64,000 bases of DNA, taken from Octopus sinensis. Lineage: Eukaryota. The stretch lies in contig NC_043021.1 in assembly GCF_006345805.1 (NCBI RefSeq), positions 7,192,001 through 7,256,000 of the forward strand. Direction: 5' to 3'. This document shows, piece by piece, positions 1 to 12,541 of the stretch (its first letter is position 1; every line of letters starts with the position of its first letter). The notes below the pieces were generated by a model that made no database searches, was not told the DNA's origin, and worked only from the letters and a program-made list of their open reading frames with translations. Position numbers and translations under genes: made by a program.

Positions 1-750
1 AAAGAATAAATCCTAGAATTGATTGTTCAACTAAAACCCTTTAAGGTGGTGCTCCAGCATGGCCACGGTCAAATGACTGAAACAAGTAAAAGATAAAGAA
101 TATATATATAGATATAGATATAGTTCAAATGTACAAAAACAGAAGTCAGAGATAAGTTAGGGAAAAACAAACAAGGTGCATTAGTTTGACATTCTCGAAA
201 AATGGACAAGTTTTTGACGTTTTGAGCCAAAGCTCCTTGACAGAAAGGAATAAAGGGAAAAAAAACATGAATGCTAGCTCAATAGACGGAGTGACAAGTA
301 GATAACACTGTAGATGTTGGCTGTGCTTCTGAGGCCAGTGGTGGTAACTATCATATATAACAAAGCACTGGGCTAAATCTACAAGACTGTTTTGTTTCAT
401 ACTTTGTGTCTTTCAGTTTTCTGTTCAAAATTGTCTCGGTGGTGGGGATCAACTTAAGCCTCATTTATCCCAAAGTAAAAAATAGAGGTGAGGGCAAGAG
501 AATAGATACTACTAGGCTAGGTGTTTTTCACTTGGTGATATTCCTCATCCTGTACTCTTCCTGTGAACTTACACACACACACAAAGACGCACATAGTTCC
601 ACTTGCATTTACTCTCACTTGCATGAAGTGCCCCTTATTCTAGCCACACTAGACTCACTTGAACACTTGCACCCTTTCACATGCTTGTCCTCTGCACTCA
701 CCAATTGACCATGTTCATTCACTCACTTTCTCTCTCTCTCCCTCTCTCTC

Positions 751-800
<50 letters not shown>

Positions 801-3244
801 TCTTTCTCACTCTTGCATTCACTGATATTTGTCATCAGACAAGATTAGGCTGACATGGCAAAATTGTTAAAGCATCAGAAAATGATAATGCCTTGTAATA
901 TTTCTTCTGACTCTATGAGTTCTTTTAACATAAACCTTGTTAGAAACTGTTACTGTGTAAAGCAATGAATTTAGTCTTGAAGCATTTAGTTGTATTGCTT
1001 TATGTTACCATGGTGAAGTCTCCTTGAGGTCAATTTTGCCTTTCATCATTACAAATTCAATAAAACAGAGCTCATGTCAAGACTTTCACCTCCTGAAATA
1101 TGTGTCTTTTTGTGGAGTTCTTTTTTTTCTTTCTCCATCATCAGTCCACATCATCGTGGAGAGAACTGAGCCTTTCATGTTTCCAAGGGTCAGTAAAATA
1201 TTTGTTGTATATTGGTACTGATTTATTGATAGTATATCCTTCCAGAGCTTGTCCTTGACTAGGAAGTTGCTACATCAGAAACAATGATAGAAAGGAAAGG
1301 AAATGAAAGAATTGAGACATTATTGTCAGAAATGTGATACAAGTAAATTGATATAACTTCTGCATCTATAGAGCTGCACCTGGAAAGTTCCTCTTAAAGG
1401 TACAGGTCTTGGCAAATGTTTCATTTGGGGTGGAAAGATGAGCAGTTTCCTCATGTAGCAAGTCTCCTCTCACCATGCTACTGATGTTGTCCAAGAAAAA
1501 GACAAGAGTCTATGAAGCTTGCTATCATGATTGATGACGTATTGCTGTCAGAATACAAAGAGCTGCAATAGATACTGCAAGACTTCTTCTGTGACTGTCT
1601 AACAATTTCACAAATTCAATGCTCTGGACTGGTATTTTATTTATTGACCCTGAAATGATGGAAGGTAATGTTGACCTTGATAGGATTTGAACTCAGGGCA
1701 TAGAGAGCTGAAATGAATATCACAAGGAATTCTGACACTAAAGATTCTGCCAATTCACTGCTAACAGGAGTAATAGTAGTCGTGTTTTGCCATATTAGCA
1801 CAAATTTTGAAGGGTAGGAGGCTGAGTCTAGTCATCTACATCAAACTCTCTGATTTAACTCTCAAATGGATAAAATGCAGTTCTGTCCCTGTTAGGATTT
1901 GAACATAGAATTTGAATGGATGTAATGAAATACAACACAAGGATAGTTTGTCTAATGTTCTATCAATTTTGCCATTCACTGCCACCAGTTTCATTGAATA
2001 TTAAATTGACTATTAGTCACAACATAAATTTCAAAAAAATTGTATTTTTTCATTTCATCCTCCCACCAAATAAAAAAAGAAAAACATTCCCAAACCATTC
2101 AGCATTTTAAAAATATTTTCAGTCCTTTACCATCAAATTTTGAAAACAGTAAATTTGTTAATCTACTTCAATATCAAAGACTGTTTACATTTTAAGCTTT
2201 AGGCAAAAACAAATGTCTCACTGTACTTTACCCTTGTGTAGATTTCTTTTTTAGTTACCTTCCATGTTTTAGCAATAGGGACACTGAAAATGGTTGATGC
2301 TGTGAGGGAGCCTCTATATAGTCTGTTGAGTTGCCAGAAATAGAAATCCACTCTCCCTCATTGCATTCTACTTTCTTAGAAAAAACATTGGCCAATATAG
2401 TCCTGATGGCCATGGCTCAACTGAGAACTCTAGTTACACCTTAAATATGAAATTAACCCCAAGGCATTTCTTTACTTCAAATTCTGTTTGTATGCAGAAT
2501 AGATCACTGGCTGTGAGATTTAGATGCTCTACTACCATAACCATACGGTTCTGAGTTCAAATCTTATCAGTGCCAACATAGACAACTACCATTAATTTTG
2601 GATTGTAGATTTTACTCTTGTTACTCTAGTTGTATTCATGGACAAATCACATAGCTGTATTTGTCTCAGTTTACTACCTTGAGTTTCCTCCCACTGCTAC
2701 TTTCATGGTTGAGTGGTTAATAGGAGCAAGACTATTCAACTAAAAAAAAATAGTAATTGCTCCAAGCAAAACTATTCCAGTTGTGCTGTCATGGAGAAAA
2801 AGGTGTAAAAACAGCCTCTCCTAAAATATTTGTACCAAATAACTCCCCCCATTTTTGATGAGTCATCTTTTTGTTCACTTAAATTGTTGGACTACAGCCA
2901 TGCTGGGTCACTGCAATCATTTTAGCTTTGAAAAGATATGCACACATATAATACAGTTTCCTAATCAATAATGTTGTACAGAGATAACCTACCTCTTTTC
3001 ATGACCAAGTTGAGTACTGGAAACTACCTCTGACCTCATTGGTCAGAACAACTGACCCCATGATCAAAGATGCTCCAGCTCTGACAATTGCATCTTTTTT
3101 TTTTTCTTTATGTAGCCTGACCATTTCTAATCAGTCAAATGACCAAATAGAGGTTCTTTTTGATGACGACAATGGGGTTGTTGTTATTTTTAAATGGTGT
3201 GATATAACATTCAGGTTCAACATAACCATATCACACAGGTTAAG

Positions 3245-3580
3245 TTATGGCCACTAGCTTCACTGAAACTTTAATGCAGTTGATGTCATATGAATATACA
3301 TAATGACTGGGCTGTGTGTTGTGTTCTTGAGCAAGACACCTTATTTCATGTTGCTCTAGTTCACTCAGCTGTAGAAATGAGTTGCAACATCACTGGTGCC
3401 AAACTATGTAGGCCTTTGCCTTTCCCTTGGAAAGTATCGGTGGCATGGAGAGGGAAGGATTTTTTGCATGGGTGACTGCTGGTCTTCCATATAAACAACC
3501 TTACCCAGACTTGTGCCTTGGAGGGTAACATTCTAGCTGCAATCCCATGGTCATTCTTGACTGAAGGGGGTCTTTACCCC
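3245..3580 (+). mobile_element. SINE-like element (family with TTGAGCAAGACAC core and ...GGGGGTCTTTACCC tail); opposite-strand copy at about 33450-33770; 3' fragment at about 49185-49305
   Basis: Shared sequence between copies, e.g. GGTCTTCCATA..AACAACCTT and GCAATCCCATGGTCATTC..GAC.GAAGGGGG. Confidence 0.65.
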
Positions 3581-6313
3581 ATTTTTTTTTTTACTACATG
3601 AATTTGCAGTTTCGTTTAATGTCCTAGCTTTGACAGTCAGTTGATCGTTTAAGACTAAAGTGTTAATAGCAGTGAAAGAAATAATTAGTAGGGAGGTGTG
3701 ATATGAAGAGATGGTGTTACTGGAGTGGAGCAAGTATTTTGTAGATCACGTAGTTGTGATAAATCCCAATATTCTATGCAAAAGTAATAGAATGTACTTG
3801 GACATATTGCTATAATAGCACTTGTTATAACATGTGGCTGGTGATAGAACCTTCTATAACATGTAGGTGTGACAGAATCTTCTATAATGCCAGTTAGTAT
3901 AGAAATTCGCACTACAGACATTCATTAACAGATGTTCACTGACCTACTGCAGCACATATGTACACATGCAGATTTACACCTACAGGTGCACAACCAAACA
4001 TGCAAATGCACTCACACACACACACACTTGTAAATGCCTCCCTTCCTCCCATGAAAGAGTTTGGGCTGCAAAATTTGGTGCAAGTACCAGATTCATTTAG
4101 AGACATTGAAATAAAAATCGTACAGTCAACCAGTTTCACTAACTTAAACCCCTTCTAATGTTCAGCGGTTGTGAGGTTATGATTCAGGGTTATTGACCTG
4201 ATCACTTGATTACTGGATCAGATCTTACTGTTGTCATTGAGTTCTACCTGCTCTGAGCATGCCACCTAGCACTGTTTACTCCAGTTTATCTGGAGAAGGG
4301 CTAGAGACAAATGTTCTACTTTATCTTAGTCATGTTGTTAGTGTTAGGATAAGGCATCCAGCCAGCTACGAAAACAATTTGCGTCACAGGTAATCCAACC
4401 CACCCTTCTAACTGCAAGCTCGAGTAAAATGATGGGAAATAATTATGTGATCCTCTAGCCAACAAACAAACAAACCACCCCTCCACTGTGTTCTTACTAA
4501 GGCATGTTTCCATGGAAAAGTTACTTTTTTTTTTAAACTTAAATTGTCTATCACAATTTGGGATAACAGTGTCAATAGGTGTAGGTTTCAAATGGATCAA
4601 TCACTGGCTAACTGCATTTGTAATGGGGGCTGGGGTGGGGGGTTAGGGGTTATGGGGACAAAGGAACATCTGTAACAGGGTGAACTTTGTTTGGAGAGCA
4701 CCTATTTATTTCCTGTGTTAATCTCCTTTACCTTAACCAATGAAAAGACAAGAACAAAATCTCTTTGCAATAACAAAAAAAACAAAAATGAAAATCATAT
4801 ATCAGTCACTCAAAGTGAGTGTGGTAGCTTGTAGCATTGCTTTAACTAGTATTACTGGTGTCTATGTATTCAAAGTGAGACATAGTTGTCCTCTTTGTCT
4901 TCCTACTTTTGAACCAGCAGAACTTTGAGTATTTCATGACTGGTTGGAGGGAGATGATGCATCAGGATTCAGCTGGTACCAGTTATCTGCTGAGTAGATT
5001 TGGAGCAGCCTGAAATAAAATGCCCTGCTCAAGGATACACTATGCACTTATTGGTTCAGAAAAAGAGCCCACGACCTTATGATTGAGAGCCTGAAACTCT
5101 AACTACTAGTCCACGTGCCTTCACCATGAAGATATATATATATATACACAACATGCTTCTGCACAATTTCTGTCTCTAAAATTCTACTCACATAGTATTA
5201 GTCAGTCTGAGAGGATGTACTCTTCCTTTCTGATAAAGGTAATGGTGAGATTTGAAGGAAATTTGACTGGTATTTGTAGTAGGTCAAACAACCATGTAGA
5301 AGCTCATTCATTAGCTTGTTAATTAGGAGAGTGTTAGATAATATATTAACTAGTTGTAGCAGCTAGTGTTGGCTAGGGCAAGCGTTAGCTAAGGTAAGGA
5401 ATTTGCTAGGAGAGATGTTAGCTTGAACATGTGTGTTGGTTAGGGCAGGTATCAGTTAAACAAGGTGTTAGCTAGGCTAGGTGTTAGTTAAGGATGTGCA
5501 AAGGAGTGTTTTTCTCTTTTGTGTATGTGTGTGTGATTGTCCAGTGGTATACGTTTTCAAAATAATTATTCTGCACAAAGTTGGTATTATTTGCCCTTCT
5601 CCCATCCCTGTCTGCTCCACCCCATGTTGTTATTCTTTGGTTATTCTGATCCATTTTTTTTTATTCATCAGCCAATAACCAACTCCAGTTCTTCTCCTGT
5701 CCCATCCAGTTATGTTACTCTGTACATGCAACAGTTTGCTGAGCCTTTTCTCTATTGTCAATCTGAGTTTCCCTATTACTTTGTTTGCTGTAGAATATGA
5801 TATAACAGAAAACTCAGAGGGGCAACAGAGTAAAAGCCTCAGCTTATATATATATAAATTGTTGCATGAAGCAGCATTGAAGGAAATATATTTGTGTAAA
5901 GTCATGTTCAACATGTTTGAGTGAAGCCACACCGAAACGTGTGTCCTACAATCCAGTGATGTCATTCACTGTGATGCCCAACTTGTGTTTTCAAATGTCT
6001 TAAAGGAGAATTTTCTCTCAGGACTATCTCCACAGTGGAAGGTCTTTTCACATCCAAGTACACTCAACTCGAATGTGCTGGATATGACTTTACACATGTA
6101 ATCATAATAAGTTCCAAGTCCTTTCTTTTCTTGCCATATGGTTCCTTTTGAAAACCTGACCCTGGTCCCAGTACCTGTGTGTCCAGCCCTTCCTCCCATG
6201 TGACACCTGTGCAGCAGTTTTCTTTTATATCTTATTTTAATCTCTAACATGCCACTTCTGTCTGTCTGTATGTCTATCTGTCTGTATGTCTGTGTGTATT
6301 GTTGTTACAATAG

Positions 6314-6421
6314 AGAAGAAAGACCTGTCACCTACGGAGGATTGGGCCGTCGATCAGCAGCTTATATCCAAGTTGAAGGAGCAGTATAAGAAAGAGTGCA
6401 AGGGCAAAAAGGGAAGTCAAA
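6314..6421 (+). CDS. STRN3: Striatin exon ([36 protein letters not shown]), 108 nt, phase 1-1
   Basis: acaatag|AGAAG acceptor and CAAA|gtgagt donor; homologous to the vertebrate [21 protein letters not shown] segment. Confidence 0.93.
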
Positions 6422-6679
6422 GTGAGTGAACTAGTGTCCTCTTGCTTCATTCAACCTCTCGCTCTCACTCTCGCTCATGCTCAACCTCTCACTCATGCTC
6501 AGCCACTCTCGCTCACTATCTCTTTCTCGTTTTGTTTATTTCTCTACCTCCCAGTTATCCATCGTGTCCACCCTAACCACATTTTTTTTTTATCATTCCA
6601 CCTTAACTTACTTCCTCCTCCACCACCACCACCTTTTTCCCTTCACCTTGGAAGTAGGAGTGATTTTATTGCTTTTGTG

Positions 6680-6712
<33 letters not shown>

Positions 6713-7196
6713 GAGAAAGTTGGTTTGTGAAAGCACGTGGTTGAATATATAGAAAATAGTAAAAAGTGAAAAAACTACAGAAGGCTTGTTTTAAAAGGTT
6801 AAAAAATATATATTTGAGTCAATATGTCTGAAGAATGTTATCAATTTTTTTCTTATAATGACATAGTTTAGAAGAAATGACCGGTTTCGCGTTCAGCTTT
6901 TCAAATTTCTTACATCATTATGTTTATGTTGAGAAGAGTTCCATATAAGGGGAGGTAATAAGTGATTTCTTCCGGTGTAAGGGAACTCTTCTCAACATAA
7001 ACATAACGATAACTCTACTCAACGTAAACATAACGATGTAAGAAATTTGAAAAGCTGAACGCGAAACCGGTCATTTCTTCTAAACTATGTCATTATAAGA
7101 AAAAAATTTATAACATTCTTCAGACATATTGACTCAAATATATATTTTTTAACCTTTTAAAACAAGCCTTCTGTAGTTTTTTCACTTTTTACTATT

Positions 7197-7239
<43 letters not shown>

Positions 7240-7500
7240 TACAGAGTAACTATGACTTAGTTTCGTCAGTTATGGCTTGTCGGTATCTGATGAGCTGTTA
7301 CTGGTGAAACTCTGAAGTCACACTAGCCCCATATTAAATATTTAGACTCTAATATTAAGACTTTTTAAAAAATTTCCAGTCTGTGTTATTTGCTTTCAGT
7401 TTACTTAAAAGCACTTTTTATATATCAAACAGTCACACCACACACTCATACTAACATGATTGTGTGTGTGTATACAATGTATACTATACATATGTCCATG

Positions 7501-7538
<38 letters not shown>

Positions 7539-10500
7539 GGAGAAAAGAAAACAGTTTTTTTTATGAATTACATTAATTTTTTTCCACATTATTATTTTTC
7601 TTTAATTATTATTAATTGATATCATCATCATCATCACCTTGCAAATAATAATAATCATCATGTTATGCATTATTTTGGTTCCTTGACCAAAAGAAGTGTA
7701 ACTGACAAATGTCAGCTCTCTTTCTCTCTCTCTATCTCTCTCTATCTTTGTCTGTCTGTCTCTCCCACCCCACCTAGTGTAAGATTTTACCTCGTTGTTC
7801 ATACTAGAATGAGGTGATGGTCAGATGTCAGTGTAACAACTACTGGTCAATATTTTGGTGGATAAGGCGGCAAGCTGGCAGAATCATGAGCATGCCAGGC
7901 AAAATGTCTTTCAAAATTTCGTCTATGTCAATGGGTAGAAGATGGCCAGCTGGCGGAATTGTTAGCACATTGGGCAAAGTGCTTTGTGGAATACCATCCA
8001 TCTCTATGTCCTGAGTTCAAATACTGCTGAAGTCAACTTTACCTTTCATCCTTTCGAATTTGATAAAATAAGTACCAGTTGAGTACTGGGGTCAAGGTAA
8101 TTGACTTATCCCCTCACCCCCAACTTGCTGGCCTGGTGCCAAAATTTGAAACTAATAAATTGGTTGTACCAACCAATATGTTTGCTTGCTTGATTGAATT
8201 TCCCCTCTTACAGAAGTATAACAAGTCATCACTGTTGCTTTTGTCATTGTCATCGTTTTTGTGTCAATATCATTGTCACCATTACGGCAGCATCGTTGTT
8301 CCCTTCCCCACCTGTCATTGTAGTCGTTGTCATCATCACAAGGCATTGTAATTGTCATCATAACATCATAGTCACATTGGCAGCATCATGGTTCCCTTCT
8401 TCACCTGTCATTGTCGTCATCATCATCATCATCATCATTGTAATTGTCATTGTAGCATCATGGTCAATATTGACAGCATCATTGTTTCCTTCCCTCAACT
8501 GTCATCATCGGTCATTTTAACTGTCATTATAACGGTCACTAGTCAGATATTGGTACCTCTCATGGTTGGCCTATTTGCTGGAAATACCAACCAAATTTTT
8601 TTTTCAAATTCCACCTCACCTAGCTTTTAATATTAAAAAAAAACAACAAAAAAACAAAGATGCAGCCTTGGATATTGGTATACATTATGCCTGAATAAGA
8701 TGGCATAGTCATAGCTAGAGAATGCTTTTGATTACAAGTCAGCTCAACGTTGTGATCTGATCTGGAACTAGGCAACATTCTCCTCATCCTAATCATCATC
8801 ATGCCTAAGATCCATAAATATAATAACTGATTAAATCTGGAGTTGTCTCTCTTCTCAATTCTGAGCTCAGATTTTCTTTCAGTGAAATAAGTACCCATGG
8901 TGTGTGTGTGTGTGTGTTTGTTTGTTTGTTTATTGTATGTTTACTTGTTTATAATGATTGTTTGAAAAACAAATAGCCCTGACACACTAATAGTTCTTTA
9001 ATTCTGTGCTTCACTATTGCAGTCCATGGTTGATTTCAGCAATAGATGAGGTTTACTTTGGGAAATGATTGCTAACTTCTTGTACAGTTGCTGTTTTCGA
9101 TTTCTGGAGAATGAATGGGATGCAGGAATTGATCCTTCATGGCCCTTTTCACAGTACAACACATTTGAATGTGGTTGAGAGAAAACTCAAGAGAATCAAC
9201 CCCTTTGCTTACTGATCCCTCACTGTAAGCTAACCATAACAAAATTTGCACTGGTTGCAGAGAGTCAGAATACTACAGGGTATCCTATCCTACACACCAA
9301 TGACCTTACCTTACTACATACATATACAGGCTTCTTTCGTGGAGGCGCAATGGCCCAGTGGTTAGGGCAGCGGACTCGCGGTCGTAGGATCGCGGTTTCA
9401 GTTCCCAGATCGGGCGTTGTGAGTGTTTATTGAGTGAAAACATCTAAAGCTCCACGAGGCTCCAGCAGGGATGGTGGTGATCCCTGCTGTATTTCAAAGG
9501 GCTGGCCTTGTCACTCTCTGTGTCACGCTGAATATCCCCGAGAACTACGTTAAGGGTACACGTGTCTGTGGAGTGCTCAGCCACTTACACGTTAATTTCA
9601 CGAGCAGGCTGTTCCGTTGATCGGATCAACCGGAACCCTCATCGTTGTAACCGACGGAGTGCTTCCAACACAGGCTTCTTTCAGGTTCTGTCTGCTAAAT
9701 GCACTCACAAGGCCTTGTTTAACCTGAGGCTATATAGTAAAAGACATTTGCCCAAGGTGTCATACAGTGAGGCTGAACTCGGAACCATGTGCTTGGGAAG
9801 CTATCTTACCTTGCTGCCTTTTCTGGCACACTAATTGGAAACAAATCATTGTTATCATTGTCATTTGTGATCGTTGTCTTATTGCTGTTGCCATTGCAAC
9901 CATCATAATCACCACCACCATCATAACCACCACCACCACCACCACCATCATCATAACTGAAACAGTGGTTGCATGCCTGATTACAACATTCAGTTTCTCA
10001 TTTACTTGTTTAACAAGTTTGTTTAAGCTTTGTTGGTGTAACCTCCTAGTTTGTCCTGCTGTGGGTTCTTCAGTCACATATGTAATCACTAGCATGCTGC
10101 TATTGATGATTGATCTTGCTATCTCCATCCATTTCTCCTTTACCTCCCTAATTAACTGAAGTCACCATCGTTGTCGACAATACCACCACCACTACAGTCA
10201 CCATAAAACTTCGTCAACATCACAGTTTTATTATTAATTTCTTTAAAAAAAATATATCTGTTGTTGTCATCATCGTCATCATCATCATCACCATCATCAT
10301 CACCATCATCACCACCAGCATCATCATGCCTAGCATATTCAGCTTGTTGCTGGACGTATCATTAATGTACCAGCTGTTCGCTTCTCATGAACTAAGGTGG
10401 TATGTTCTGTTCAAGTCTCAAGGACATTGTGGAGACTCTTTGCAATGCCAAGTAACACTGCTTTCTGGATATGCTCTATTTTCATTTGTATGCCTACCTT

Positions 10501-11459
10501 TTTCAACTACTTTGTTATTATTATTATTATTATTATTATCATGGTAGAATCGTTAAATATCATCAGGTAAACACCTTGTATTTCTTTTGTCTCTTTCTGA
10601 GATTAAAGCTGGTCAAGGTAAAATTTATTCCTTTCATTCTTACAGGGTTAATAAAATAGATTACCTGTCAACAACTCTCTTCTCCACAAAAATCGGTGGC
10701 CTTGTGCTTAAATTAGAAACTATTATTATTGTTATTCAGTTTAGTTTAAATCCAGTTTTTATTACTCTGAGCGGAGTTCAAGGTGTTTTGTTTCAATTTC
10801 CTCAATTGCAGGCATGGCTGTGTGGTAAGAGGCTTGCTTCCCAACCATATGGTACCAGGTTCAGTTCCACTGTGTGGCACCTTGGGCAAGCATCTTCTAC
10901 TACACTTTTAGGTCAACCAAAGCCTTGTTTGTGGATTTGGTGAATGGGACTGAAAAAAGCCTGTTGCGTGCATGCTTGTCCTCCACCATTTGACAACCAA
11001 TTTAGCAAAAGAGACCAATACTGGGCTTCAAAGAAAGTATTGGGGTGAATTCCATTTGACTAAATTCTTGAAAGCAGTGCCCCAGCATGGCCACTGAAAG
11101 ATAAATAACATAAAAGTGGGCAGGGGGCCAAGAATAGGAAAGAAACTTCTGGAGAGCTGATTAAAATCACCTGTATTACTCATTCCCATATATATATATA
11201 TATATATATTGATAAAACGGTAAGATAACAAAAGAAAGAAAGCTCAATATTATGTAAATAGAGGAAATTTATCTATACAATAATATGTTACATTACTCGA
11301 TAGTCAAGATAAAACTCTGAGTTTCAGATGCCGAAGTGGAAATCCACAACACCATCTCTTCGGTTATAGCCAGATAACCGAAGAGATGGTGTTGTGGATT
11401 TCCACTTCGGCATCTGAAACTCAGAGTTTTATCTTGACTATCGAGTAATGTAACATATT

Positions 11460-11499
<40 letters not shown>

Positions 11500-11888
11500 T
11501 ATATATGAATACTAAAGGGTTAATTTTCATTAGCACAAAATTTTTTAACACAACTTCCAAACCAAATACAGTTTTCCTGCCCCATCCCTCCAATACTTAA
11601 TTGGTACTTCATTTTATTAACTCCTGTGGGATTTGAACTCAGAACTTAAAGGACATAGCTAAATACCATAAGGTATTATTTTTGTTTCTGCCACTGTCTC
11701 ATTTCTATCACTTTGCTGTCTTCAAGTGCAAAGATTGTTCAATTACTTAACCCCAAATTTTGGCACCGTGTGCTGAAGCTAGAAAAGAGTTATTATATCA
11801 AAACAAGTTTCACTTCTCCTTTTCCATTTTCCCTTTTTCTCCTTGACCCCTCACTTTCCCCTTTTTGATATGAAACCAAATCAGACTG

Positions 11889-11922
<34 letters not shown>

Positions 11923-12226
11923 ACGTTAAACGACGATGATGATGATGATGATATATATATATTATTGCTTTTTAGAAACTTCTAGAGATATGAAATAAAT
12001 TGTTTTAACGGTGGAACTCAAAGTAGATCTATAAATAATAGTGTGTAGGATATTGGGTTAAAAACCCCTTGGAGTCAAAGGCTGCCCTTGATCTGTCATG
12101 GTCACAGATGTAGTTTCAGGTCCCACAGGATTTTGACTTTCGTGTCCAAAGAGATTTTAACCAATATTCTACATGCTATTATTTATAGCTTTATCTAGTT
12201 TGAGTTCCACTGTTAAAACAATTTAT

Positions 12227-12272
<46 letters not shown>

Positions 12273-12501
12273 TAAAATTTAAAGGACTGACCACTAAAAG
12301 TGGACGGTCAGCATGCTAGATATAGATGTCAAAATCGCTATTTTCCACGAAGAATGTGTGTCTATATCTAGCATATTGACCGTCCACTTTTAGTGGTCAG
12401 TCCTTTAAATTTTGTATGTAAAAATATTTTAATCTTCGGATTTTTTTAAATATGCTAGGCCACTGGTTTTAATTGATTAATATCAATTTCTACCCTTATT
12501 C

Positions 12502-12541
<40 letters not shown>

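Noticed and set aside
1143-1187. Possible upstream striatin exon (catcag|TCCAC...AAGG|gtcagt)
   Set aside because: No striatin similarity in any frame and the phase is incompatible with exon 6314
5915-5950. GAAAC-GTGT-GTC hammerhead-like half motif
   Set aside because: The upstream core (TTGAGTGA) and stems I and II do not fit
9341-9410. tRNA-like sequence with A and B boxes (also 24940-25012 and 45842-45915)
   Set aside because: No cloverleaf closure; continues into a SINE body, so these are SINE heads, not tRNA genes
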